The notes beneath the pieces were generated by a model. That model made no database searches. It worked only from the letters and a program-made list of their open reading frames with translations, and was not told where the DNA came from. The position numbers and the translations under genes are program-made. From an uncultured Planctomycetota bacterium (GTDB lineage: Bacteria > Planctomycetota > Planctomycetia > Isosphaerales > Isosphaeraceae), in the NCBI GenBank assembly GCA_963823665.1, contig CAWGMQ010000005.1, positions 288,001-352,000 on the forward strand: a DNA stretch of 64,000 nucleotides, read 5' to 3'. Shown here in pieces: positions 44,039 to 54,362 of this stretch; position 1 is the first letter of the stretch, and each line of letters begins with the position of its first letter.

Positions 44039-44464
44039 TCAGGCTTCGGGGCCCCGAGCAAGCAGGGCGAGGAGTTCGGCTGGAGTCAGGACCGGTGCTG
44101 GGGAACCGGCGAAATCCTTGCGGTTGCGCGTGACGATGGCGTCGAGGCTGGCTTGCACGGCGCAGGCGATGTGCAGATTGTCCTCGAAGTCGGAACCGTT
44201 CAACGTGGCGGCCATTTCCAGTGTCGTCCGATCGACGGATACGATTCCCAGCGATCGGAGGCAATTCGTCACCGCGATGTGCGCGCGTCCCAAGTCGGCC
44301 TGCTTGCGAATGACATAAAAGAGGGTTGGTAGCGCGGCGGCAGAAATTCGGGCGTCGACCCGCCCGACCTGGTTCGCGTCCCAGATCGCATCGGCTTCGG
44401 CCCTCCAGGGTTCTCGTGCAAGGAGGGCATCCAGTACGACGTTCAGATCGAGCAAAACAGTCAC
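44039..44464 (-). CDS. PIN-domain toxin (VapC/PIN_3)
   Basis: VLLDLNVVLDALLAREP, DFEDNLHIACA and IVTRNRKDF. Confidence 0.9.
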   Translation of the reverse strand: MTVLLDLNVVLDALLAREPWRAEADAIWDANQVGRVDARISAAALPTLFYVIRKQADLGRAHIAVTNCLRSLGIVSVDRTTLEMAATLNGSDFEDNLHIACAVQASLDAIVTRNRKDFAGSPAPVLTPAELLALLARGPEA

Positions 44465-44724
44465 CGGCCGTATTTCTCTATCCGATGCTCGTCGATCCAG
44501 CGTTCGACCGTTTCGTCATCGGGAGGGGGCCGGTCGGTCTTGAGCAGGCCCTGGATTTCCGCCGCTGTTAACCCGCGCTCCTTCGCGGGGGCGGCTGCCG
44601 GTGGCGCGTCCGCATTATCCAGAGACTCAAGGATCTTGTGCGCCAGCGTGATCTGCAATGTCGTCGGCCAAGCCTTGACTCGTTTCAGCACGTCCTTCAG
44701 TTCCGTCGCTTCGGCAGTGCTCAT
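44461..44724 (-). CDS. Cognate antitoxin
   Basis: 87-aa ORF overlapping the PIN start by 4 bp; PPPDDETVERWIDEHRIEKYG C-terminus. Confidence 0.75.
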   Translation of the reverse strand: MSTAEATELKDVLKRVKAWPTTLQITLAHKILESLDNADAPPAAAPAKERGLTAAEIQGLLKTDRPPPDDETVERWIDEHRIEKYGR

Positions 44725-44950
44725 GGGTTAGGCCTCTCCGGCAAGTCGAAAACAGCCGTTTCGTCGACCTGGCACCCCCGCCCGGCTTTCATGATCAGTT
44801 TACCAAAACGACTGTAAACCCGCAGTACACAGTAGTGCCAAGGGCTAGAATTGCTTCCACGTTTCTTGAGCGATCATGAGTAGCGCCTCGATACCGCTAC
44901 GCCATCTTGGATCGTGAGCTTGTACGAGGCGGAGGACAACGCCGTCGTCA

Positions 44951-45065
44951 CCGGGCACCTGGGGCTTCACCGGTTCGATCGACGAGCTTTCGATCTACGT
45001 CCGCGCGCTGAGCGATAGAGAGATTCAAACGATCTATAGCGCGCGAAGCGCCGGTAAGTCGGGCG
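44951..45065 (+). pseudogene. LamG-like domain C-terminal fragment, copy 1
   Basis: PGTWGFTGSIDELSIYVRALSDREIQTIY; homologous to 46251-46365. Confidence 0.65.
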
Positions 45066-45932
45066 GGTCGGCACCAGCGACGACGGGGGTCGTGGTCGAC
45101 CTTTAGACGGGTGTGGCCGGCCACCGGACTTGCTAGCTGCCGGCGCTCGCATTTGGGACGTGGTCGGCAGCGGTGGAAACGAGATTCTGGTGGGATCGAG
45201 CTCCGACAGGGCGTTGCCGCGGTTGTTGACGGAACGGGCGACGCTTTCACGGAGATCGGGGGTGTTCAGGCTGCGCGGCGGCCAATCGTTTGAAGATCGA
45301 CGGCCTCGTCGTTGGAGCAGCGCAGCGTCAGGGCGAAGAGATGACCATTGTGGCCCATTCGTGGCCATCTTCGGATGGGTTCACTTCCCACGTGATCCAT
45401 CCAATCATGTTCATGCGATGCCATTCTGTGGATTTATACACGACAAAGCATCTCACAGTAAAAGAACTCCACGGGGTGTTGTTTGCACTTCGATCGATGG
45501 TGTCGGCGAGAACCAAATGCAGCCATGGATGGTACGCTGATCGCAAAAGGTTGTGACCGGGGTCATCGGGTTTCCCGCTCACCGTCTGCGGAAGCATGTG
45601 GGAACGGAAAGGTGCCTTCGGTTGACAGTAGTGCTGAGGGCTGAAAGTCCGTGGCTATTGACCGAGGCCCTGGCGGGGCCATGGACGATGCCGTCGATAT
45701 TCGCGTCGGCATGATGCTTTGATGCAGCATTGCATTTTTCGGCCTTGCGTCAGCCCGAAAACGTGGCGAGGATTTACCTTGATCGGTCAATCGAGCCGCG
45801 GAACGGACAGTGCTCAACCGGTCAGGCAACGATGGCGTTACGTCGAATCCGAGCCGGTGCCGCGTGTGCCCCGCGCACCAAACGCATCGCACCGCACTCG
45901 GCTTGCGTTCAATCTGAGCAAGCAAGGTCAGC

Positions 45933-46142
45933 ATGTTTCGAATTTCGTGCGAGGGACGCCCGACCGTGGTCGTCGGTACGGTCAAGGCGGTGCAGGCCGC
46001 GATCTGCTCGAGCGAGCCCGGACGATATGAAATCCATATGGTTGGCGAAAAGAGTTCGCCCGCCGGCCAGGATGTCCGTCGTTGGGGCGTCGGCGTAAAG
46101 CTGGCGGATGGGTCATTCGAGATCGAGTTAGACTACCAGTAA
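45933..46142 (+). CDS. Small hypothetical protein
   Basis: 69-aa ORF (EPGRYEIH...RRWGVGVKLADGS) with AAGG RBS. Confidence 0.5.
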   Translation: MFRISCEGRPTVVVGTVKAVQAAICSSEPGRYEIHMVGEKSSPAGQDVRRWGVGVKLADGSFEIELDYQ

Positions 46143-46250
46143 CCGTCACGGCCCGATCACGGCGGACCATCCCGTGGCGAAACTGAACCTGACCGGCGAA
46201 GCGACAACCTGCCGGGAGGCAACGACCCCGCTATCGAAGCCTACCTCTTG

Positions 46251-46365
46251 CCGGGGACCTGGGGCTTCACCGGTTCGATTGACGAGCTCTCGATCTACAA
46301 CCACGCTTTGCGCGATTCAGAGATCCGAACGATCTATAGCGCGGGAAGCGCCGGTAAGTCGAATG
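46251..46365 (+). pseudogene. LamG-like domain C-terminal fragment, copy 2
   Basis: PGTWGFTGSIDELSIYNHALRDSEIRTIY. Confidence 0.65.
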
Positions 46366-46375
46366 GGTACCGCCA

Positions 46376-47492
46376 TCACTCTGGAGTCTCCGATTCAGAT
46401 GATAGCCTGCGCGCTAGCTCGATCTCATGGCGCTCGCGTTGAAGCTCGGCGGCCAATTCCTCCTCGCTCGGGAGGTGCAGTTTATAGCGCGACGCAAAAA
46501 TCTGTTTGTTGCCTTCCGGTAGCGTGTATCGGACTACGGCTTCGCTCTTGTCGGTGCAAAGCACGATTCCGATCGGCGGGTTTTCATCCGGGGCTGTCAG
46601 CTCGCGCTGGTAGTAATTGACATACATCTGCATTTGCCCGAGGTCTTGATGCGTGAGCGATCCTACTTTGAGATCCAGGAGGACAAACGAGCGAGTAATC
46701 CGGTTGTAGAACACCAAGTCGATGAAGAAATGCCGGCCATCAAGCGTGATCCGCTGCTGCCTTCCCATGAATGCGAAGCCCTTTCCCAGCTCAAGCAGGA
46801 ATTGCTGCAACTTCGCGAGCAAAGCTTGCTCCAGGTCGGACTCTTGCAACCGCTCGTCTTGGCGGAGCCCCGTGAATTCGAGCACGAATGGGTCTTTGAT
46901 AAGGTCGGCTGGCTGTGTAATTTCATGCCCTTTCTGAGCCAGTGACAAGACGCCGGCCTTGTCACGGCTCAAGGCGAGGCGATCGAACAGAAGTGAGTCG
47001 ATCTGTCGTTCGAGTTCTCGGGTGGACCAGCGGGCATTGACAGCCTCGGCCTCATAAAACGCTCGCGCGTTCGGATTGTCGACGCGAAGCAGGAGCCGGT
47101 AATGCGTCCAGGATAATTGTCGACGCAGTGCGTCGACTTTTGGGTAGGCCAGAAAAAAAGCTCGCATATGGAAGAGGTTCGAGCGGTCATAGCCTCTGGC
47201 GAATTCTTGCCGCAGCCGCTGGGAAAGCCCGTCGATGACGCGTTTGCCGTAGTCTGCTCTTTCCCGGCCGGCTTGTTCCTCTTCGACGATTGCGCGGCCG
47301 ACATCCCAGTAGGCTTCAACCATGGTCGTGTTGACAGCCTGCCACGCGCGGTTGCGGGCAGCGGCCAAGATGTCGCGGACATGATGATACAGATTGTCCA
47401 GACGCTGCGCGGGTGCCGCGCTGACCGGCAGCAAGGCGGCGCGCGGATAACTTACCTGATAGCTTCTTGGGTCGATTGAATCTCTTTGCCAT
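46376..47492 (-). CDS. YhcG/DUF1016 PD-(D/E)xK nuclease domain protein (start uncertain)
   Basis: AVNTTMVEAYWDVGRAIVEEEQAG, LSWTHY, IKDPFVLEF, LELGKGFAF, IDLVFYN, DLGQMQMY and PIGIVLC. Confidence 0.92.
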
Positions 47493-47619
47493 GCTGACGG
47501 TAAAGCACGGCATGGCTTCGGAGGCGAGCCGTTTTGCAGATGAAATGACTGAATTGCAATGCAGCGAAAATCAGACAGCAGGGAATAGGTATGGTGCCAG
47601 AAATGCCACGAGCGAATAG

Positions 47620-47835
47620 GTCGGGTGTGGAAATCTGGGACGGGAAGTGGCACCACGTCGCCGGCACTTTTGACGGCATGACGGTCCGTATCTATGCTGA
47701 CGGCAGGCAGGTGGGATTTCGACGGAGATCGAGGTCTTCGGGTTGCTGGGCGGCCAATCGTTTGAAGATCGCGACGGCCTTGTCGTGGGACTCGAGCGCT
47801 TGCTCTTGGCCAACGCGATCTCGTCGATGAGCCGA
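47620..47835. pseudogene. Chimeric remnant: LamG fragment (+) fused to a kinase-type TPR fragment (-)
   Basis: IWDGKWHHVAGTFDGMTVRIYADG on +, and EQALESHDKAVAIFKRLAAQQPEDLDLR on -. Confidence 0.6.
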
Positions 47836-47989
47836 GAAATCGCACCGGTTGGAACCGAACGAATTCGCGGCCGCTATCCCGAGCCGACGGTGAAGGCGAG
47901 CTTCCACGTTGCCGGGTTCAATTCAATTCAATCGCCATGCAGAGCGCGGGTGCTTGCGGGATGGTAGACTGAGTTGCGTGGGTCGCTGA

Positions 47990-48186
47990 CATGGATAAGC
48001 TCGTTGAAAAAGGTTTGGAAGGCCGAGTGGAGCTTATCATCAGCGGCTCACGTAAGCACTGGCCTGCGGCATGGTATCTGGCCCCGTGGACGGTTGCCGT
48101 ATTTGCTGGTGTGTCGGCTGATGGACGATTCCGTACAAATTCTCCGGTTCATGCATGGCAAGCAGAAATGGCCATCCACTTCGTGA
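47990..48186 (+). pseudogene. ParE/RelE-family toxin remnant
   Basis: GRV.ELIISG and PYLLVCRLMDDSVQILRFMHGKQKWP in different frames. Confidence 0.55.
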
Positions 48187-48211
48187 AAACAAATCCGTCG
48201 CAAAATAATAA

Positions 48212-50847
48212 CTGACGTTCCGCACATCTGCCCCTGATTATCTCCGAATTACCGCCGCCCAAGTCAGTCGACGAGGGCTGGGCAGCGCCGATTACACCGA
48301 GGCTGGCCCAGGGACGCGATGTGACTCGCGGCCGCACGGCCATTGCCTCGCGCACGCGTCCGGTGTGATCGCCGCGGTTCGCGCCCGCTCGCCGGTAGGC
48401 CACTACACCAAGACTCCCTGCCTGACATCGACATCTTCTCGTCAAGTCAAGCCTAACCGCAGTGTCCAATTCCACGAGCCAGAAATTTCTATAATTCTTC
48501 AGTTGGCCCCTCTTCGACGTAAGTCTCGCGGAGTGTGGCAACCCAAGTAGCCAGTCGAGAACATCTTTGTCCTTCCCCCAGAGAAAGAGCTGTTTTTCTC
48601 GGGAAAAAGCGCTTCTCGAAATCACCAAGCGCGATTTGACCAACCGTTTGTCGAAATCGAGTCCCGACGTAGGTCCAATTCGACGCGACTTACGTCAAAT
48701 TACAACATCATACTTAAGGTGGCGGAATCCGTGGATGCCTTGAAGATTTCTCCTCCAGGACAATCATGTCCGCAGGAATCTCGGCGAGACAGTCGCTCTG
48801 CTTCATGTGTCCAGAGCGGCCCCAGCGTATCTTGTCTATGCCGATCACACGCGTTCCTAAGGAGCAACACGGATGCAGAAGCCCAAGAAACGACACGTTC
48901 CTTCTTCGACTGTCCCCCCACGCCCCGGTGAGATCGCTCGCGCCAAGGGACAGGCTCTTAGCTCGTACCGAATCGACGCCCTACCTGTCGTCAGTCAACT
49001 CCTCGAACGCATGCGCCTCGACGAGTTTCTCCGATCGTATCTCCCACGCGCCGATCGGCGCTGCCGAATCGCTCCTGCGCTGGGAATCTCACTCCTGCTC
49101 AAAAATGTTCTCCTCTCCCGCGAGCCTTTGTACGGCATCGGAGAATGGGCGGCGAGGTTTGCTCCTGAGGCACTCGGCTTCAACGACAGCCAACTGCCTT
49201 CTCTCAACGACGACCGGATAGGACGCTGTCTCGATCGCTTGTTCCAAAGCGATATCACCTCATTGGTCCTGGCGCTGGTGGCCCATGTGATCAAAGAATT
49301 CGACGTGGACCTCGACGAGCTCCACAACGACTCCACCACCATCACCTTCCATGGTGCATACGCTGACGCGGCCAAGGAAGAAATGCGGGGCAAACGGACC
49401 AGGATGGCGATCACCTGGGGTTACAACAAGGATCATCGCCCAGACCTTAAGCAACTACTTTACATCCTCACAGTGGCCAAGGACGGTGCCGTTCCGTTGT
49501 ACTTCCAGGTTGCCAGCGGCAACGTGGCGGACGATCAAACCCACCGCGCTACCTGGGATCTTCTCTGTCGCCTGACGGGAAGGCGAGATTTCCTCTACGT
49601 CGCGGACTGCAAGCTGGCCAGCGCCGAGAACATGGCCCATATCCATCAACGCCAAGGCCGGTTTTTAACCGTGCTGCCGCGGACTCGGTCAGAGGACGGC
49701 ATCTTCCGAGACTCACTCGGCAGTGGCCAGATCCAGTGGCGGCACATCCATGACAAGCGAAATGACGACGGCAAGATTGTGGATAAGTACTCGATCTCCG
49801 AGCCGGGTTCGCTGAGCGTCGAAGGATACCGACTGGTTTGGTACCACAGTACGCGCAAAGCCGAGCAGGATTCCCATGCGCGTCATCAACAGGTCGAAAG
49901 AGCCTTGATCGAATTGTCGGAGCTGCGTTTGAAGCTCTCATCTCCGCGGACGCGGTTTTGACAAGAGGCGAAGGTTGTGGATGCCGTTCAGGAAATCCTC
50001 CGGGCGCAGGGCGCTGAGAATTGGATCGTCACGGAGATCAAAGAGCGAACCGAGGAGAGGTTCCGCCAGGACCGGCGAGGTCGACCGAATGATCAAACGC
50101 GATACGTCAGGAAGACGAGCACTCGCTTCGAGCTGGCGTATCACATCGATCACGAGAGACTCGTCGCGGAAACGGCGGGTGACGGAGTCTTCCCTTTGAT
50201 CACGAACGACCATTCACTGTCGGGCTTGGAAATGTTGCTGGCCTACAAGGGCCAGCCGGCGCTGGAGAAACGGTTTTCGCACTTGAAGACGGACTTCGAA
50301 GTCGCCCCGGTTTATCTTAAGGAGGCCAGCCGGATTCAGGCGTTGCTCTGTGTCTATTTTCTGGTGCTCCTGGCTGAATCGCTACTCGAACGCGAGCTGC
50401 GTCGTGCCATGGACCGCGAGGCGATTGAAAGCCTGCCTCTGTATCCAGAAAGTCGGAAGTGTCGCCATCCCACAGCTCGTCGGCTGATCGACCTGTTTGA
50501 GGATGTGCAACGGCACTCGCTGCAAGTCGGACGGCGACCGTCAGTGGTTTTCACAACTCAATTGAGCCGGCTGCAACGGCAGGTGCTGCGTCTGCTTGGT
50601 ATGTCGAAAGTCTACGATGGCTGATTTGGTCAGCCAGCGTGCGACTGTTCTCGACGGCGCTGAACCGCAAGACATAAGCGTGAGCGGATAACAACTCTTG
50701 CGATAGTCAAGCAGTCGAGCCCTCAAATCGACCATGGGTTGCGAGCGGTAATCGACTGCTGACTTGCGTGAGAGACCCCCAGCGCCTGCCCGATTTACCG
50801 CCGGGCGATATTCCGGGATAATCAAGGGCAGATGTGCGGAACGTCAG
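48212..50847 (+). mobile_element. IS1634-family insertion sequence
   Basis: About 38-bp terminal IRs (CTGACGTTCCGCACATCTGCCCYTGATTATC...) at 48212 and 50847; no target duplication. Confidence 0.85.
48873..50624 (+). pseudogene. IS1634-family DDE transposase with in-frame TGA at 49959-49961
   Basis: LNDDRIGRCLD, HNDSTT, GYNKDHRPDLKQ, YVADCKL, then YKGQPALEKRFSHLK in the same frame after the stop. Confidence 0.88.
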
Positions 50848-51180
50848 TTAAGATTAAGATCAAGACCAAGATCAAGCCGCCGTCCGTTTGCACTAGTGTA
50901 CGGATGCTGGAAGGGGCCCGGAATATTGCCACTTTTTGCCATTTTTTCGAGGGGCGGGGCGATTGCTTCGGTGGAGTGGCTGCTCTGCAAGTTCAATGGG
51001 CATCATCGAATAGGAACAGAGACGGGCGTTTTTCGGCGACGGCAGACGCTCATGGCACGGGTCACCGAAAATTGCCATTGTTAATCGTGGGTGTTGTTCA
51101 CTATGTTTCGGGCCTTTTTTTTTCGCGCCTGGCGACGCGAGATGCGCGCCGGCTGGGGTGGTCTTCCCTTTGCGGAAAGA

Positions 51181-51212
51181 CCCCCACCGCCGCCTGCGGT
51201 GGCACCTCCCCC
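51181..51212. repeat. REP-like palindrome, family B (CCGCCGCCTGCGGYGGCACCTCCCCC)
   Basis: Further copies at about 53864-53909 and 54292-54325. Confidence 0.6.
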
Positions 51213-51414
51213 ACACGGGCGCAACGATGGCGCACTGGCTCTGGGATGCGAAAGCGGCCCTCGTTGTTCAACCATGTTACCGCCGCGTTGCCCACTCGCC
51301 TCGGGTGCGCAACGCAATGTCTTGTCGCGGGCTGAGAAACGCGATTGGGAGAGGTGGGGATTTTTTTGAAATTGGTAACATCCAGTAGCATTTCGTACCA
51401 CTTGCTGGGGAATC

Positions 51415-51602
51415 GTCGCCGTATCCGGAGGGAGATCGTCAGGCTGAAGCCTAACCTACGCGAGGAAATCGTCAGGCTAAAGCCTGACCTACTTGAAGCT
51501 CGCATTGATGTCGCCGTATCCGGAGGGCGATCGTCACGCTGAAACCTGACCGACGCGAGGAAATCGTCAGGCTAAAGCCTGACCTACTTGAAGCTCGCAT
51601 TG
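51415..51602. repeat. Two tandem 95-bp units, each with two GTAG-type REPs (GTAGGTCAGGCTTYAGCCTGACG on -)
   Basis: Units start at 51415 and 51510 and contain four CGTCAGGCT-RA-AGCCTGAC-CTAC-like hairpins. Confidence 0.85.
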
Positions 51603-51655
51603 GGTCCTCGGGCTCGCGCCTCTCCTGGGGCTCGCGCCTCTCCTGGGGCTCGCGC

Positions 51656-53220
51656 CTTTGTCCTTACCATCATCTTCATCATACCGATGAAGATACGTCG
51701 ATGATAGCCTCGGCGCCCCGGATCATGATCTGCAGCTTGTCCCAACCCCGCCAGATCGTCATCCAACCTGGCTCCCCATCGTGGCGGCGGCCCAGGAACC
51801 CTCCCAGCTTGGCCAACTCCCGAAAAAATCCTCCCGCAGTTAATATTGTCGTGGGCGCCAATCTGCGCACCACCTTCAGCATCATCACGTATTTGGGCGG
51901 TACCACCTCGGTCGCAGGCTGCTCGGGAGCTGTCCGCGCCATTCCCTTCAACTGGAACAACCGCAGTGCTTCCACAGACATCAATCCCATCATGGCTTCG
52001 AGACGATCGCACGTCTTGAGCTGGCGACGTTCTACCTGAAAGCCTGTTTTCAGGACCTTGTGCCACTCCTCGATTAGCCACCTCTTCCCGTAGTACCCCA
52101 CGATCGCCATAGCATCTTCAAAATCCTCCACCAGCAAAGAAGTGTAAAGCACCCACTCGATCGCCTCCACTCCGTCGGGAGCATCTACCTCGCGCACCCA
52201 GACGACCCACATGGGGATCGCCGCGGGCTTGACCTGCTTCAGAAATGGGCTTTTGAGTTTCGGCGTCGGCATCCGTAAGGCCCCGATGGCGACCACCAGC
52301 TTGGCCGTCCGAGCCGGTGCTTTGGGGCGAGCCCGCAGATTGAGCGTGTAACATCCAGCCCGCGGCAGGGTCCCTAAGTAGGCTTTCAGCGGCGTTTCCC
52401 CGCTCTCCGGCGTGATAATGATCCGGATCAGGCTCTTGGCTCGCGCCACCCATTCGGTTTCTGTCTGCTGGCAGTGATAGAAAAACTCAAAGTCGTCGGC
52501 GCCACGATCAACTACGTGAATCCAGGAGGTTCCCGACGGCGGGGATCCCATTTGGATGACAAGATCACCCCAGATCTGTGATTCGCGATCGTCACGCTGC
52601 AACCGTTCGGTCCGCGTCTCCCCCTTACGAACGCGCTGACGATGATAGATCAGTTGTCCGGCCAAGCCGTGAACCCGGTCGTCTTCGGGGGAAACCATCA
52701 AACCCGAGTGAAGGTGAAAGCCTTGTCCGATACCCGAACCAACCGGCGAAAGACCTGTGACCTGTCGGCACGGCCCGTAATCGATTTCGGTCGTGTCTGC
52801 GATGATCAATTGACGCTCACCTGCTGTCTTCTTGGTAAGCTCCCAATGGTGACTGGCGATCGCTTGAAAGGTGACGTCCTCACAATCGAAGAAAATGTAT
52901 GCGGCCCTCAGATCATTCCAGGATTCGGTTTGCTGAGGAAAACTCCCGGACGGATCTGCGGCGATCTGCGTTGCCAACAGAACGAGTCGTTTGGTACGGC
53001 GTTCGTCATGAAGATCAGTGGTGGCGAATTGGGTCATGGCCCAAGTCTGCGCATCTGAAAGAAAGGTGTCCATCCGAGGCTCCGGCGGTTGAAACGCGAT
53101 CCCTCCCCCCCACCTCAGCGTGTGGCTTGGCTTGATATTACCAGGTGCGAAGCGAGAAAAGCCGGGAAAAGGCCGGGGAAGCGCACCTATGACCACCAGA
53201 AAATGATGGTAAGGACAAAG
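51656..53220 (-). mobile_element. IS4-family (IS50/Tn5-like) insertion sequence
   Basis: 18-bp IRs CTTTGTCCTTACCATCAT; 8-bp target duplication GCTCGCGC at 51648-51655 and 53221-53228. Confidence 0.92.
51679..53073 (-). CDS. IS4-family transposase
   Basis: WAMTQF..DERRTKRL, ADTTEIDY, VVDRGAD, YGKRWLIEEWHKVLKTG (YREK) and LAKLGGFLGRRHDGEPGWMTIWRG. Confidence 0.95.
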   Translation of the reverse strand: MDTFLSDAQTWAMTQFATTDLHDERRTKRLVLLATQIAADPSGSFPQQTESWNDLRAAYIFFDCEDVTFQAIASHHWELTKKTAGERQLIIADTTEIDYGPCRQVTGLSPVGSGIGQGFHLHSGLMVSPEDDRVHGLAGQLIYHRQRVRKGETRTERLQRDDRESQIWGDLVIQMGSPPSGTSWIHVVDRGADDFEFFYHCQQTETEWVARAKSLIRIIITPESGETPLKAYLGTLPRAGCYTLNLRARPKAPARTAKLVVAIGALRMPTPKLKSPFLKQVKPAAIPMWVVWVREVDAPDGVEAIEWVLYTSLLVEDFEDAMAIVGYYGKRWLIEEWHKVLKTGFQVERRQLKTCDRLEAMMGLMSVEALRLFQLKGMARTAPEQPATEVVPPKYVMMLKVVRRLAPTTILTAGGFFRELAKLGGFLGRRHDGEPGWMTIWRGWDKLQIMIRGAEAIIDVSSSV

Positions 53221-54362
53221 GCTCGCGCCCCAGGCTTTATGATTTCGCCCCGTTCGGGGCTGTGGGAGGGAACACCGCGGGATCATGCATCGGTTTACCA
53301 TGTCAGGCTATTGCATCGAAGGATCGATTAGTCGGTTGCGTTCCGGTCTTCCGGACGAAACATGTACTATTCAATACTAATTGGGTGTTTTCTGATCTTT
53401 GATTGATTCTGGGACGATCGACCGGTGCGAGTAGCACATTTTTATGCGTCACACGTATCGAGAATGATGGCATCGAGTTGGGTTCGATTGGTGCCGCACC
53501 TGAATTTGGCTGCGTCACACGTAAGTCCAATTGCTGCAAGGCTGTGTCGCACGTGACGCAGAAAATGGGGGGCCGAAAAGGTTTTTTAAACGCCCGCTGC
53601 CGCGGGCGAGCGCGTGTGAGGCGAATGCTCGAAACGATTCGCGGGAGGTTCGTCGAGTGGGAACGGGGACGCGCTTTCGCTGAGCGAAAGGCGAATATGG
53701 GGTGGGGGCTGCCGAGACGTTTCCAACGAACGGCAGTGGCGGGGTTCGTTCCCTTAATCCTTGCAGGGAAAGGATGCGCGTCGAATATACAAAACGAACT
53801 GGCTTGGCAGTTGGCGGTTGGCAGTTGGAAGGAGGGAGACCCGCGCCGAATGAGAGGCTGCACGTCCCCCGCCGCCTGCGGCGGCAGGTCGTCTACGCGG
53901 GGGGGGGGGAAGGATGCCGACACTAATCATTTGACCGCGTGTTCACAATGAACAAAGAAATCGCGCAAAGCCGCGGGGGCGATCATTTTGCTCCAGGGGC
54001 CGAGGAAGCCCTTGATGCAACGAAATTCGCAGCCCTATTTGCACTTGCGCGGGGCGAATGGAGCCGATTAGGGGCGCGGAGCGCACCGTAGCGATTTTGG
54101 AGCTGAGAGAGACACTCGACGGTGTGGTGCGGCATGAGGCGCGGGATGATGGCTGCTGCTGGGTTCTCGGGGTCGGAACGAGATTGGGATTAAGATTAGG
54201 ATTAAGATTAGGATACGTTTTGGACCTTTTTTCATTTCACTCGAACCGAGATCTGCGGCGCCTGGGGTGCGCGGTCTTTCCTGCGCCAAAGCCCCACGTC
54301 CGCCGCCTGCGGCGGCACCTCCCCCGCGCTCGGCGGAGCAAAGCCTGAGGTCCCTTCGCGGA

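Noticed and set aside
36526..45647. Classical integron with attC sites
   Set aside because: There is no intI gene, the boundary motif lacks the RYYYAAC/GTTRRRY palindromic structure, and genes inside the modules face both directions.
44951..46365. LamG repeat pair as a diversity-generating retroelement TR/VR
   Set aside because: Mismatches are largely synonymous or involve C, G and T, so they are not adenine-specific, and there is no reverse transcriptase in the window.
28122..49961. TGA recoding (Trp or Sec), suggested by two in-frame TGA codons
   Set aside because: TGA is the normal stop for many genes here and TGG encodes Trp throughout. Both cases lie in accessory genes and fit single transition mutations.
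51415..51655. CRISPR array
   Set aside because: The spacers are duplicated and irregular, the repeats are REP hairpins, and no cas genes are present.
53303..54348. ORFs between the IS4 and IS1182 elements
   Set aside because: The region is made of REP-like palindromes and short tandem repeats, and the translations are not protein-like.
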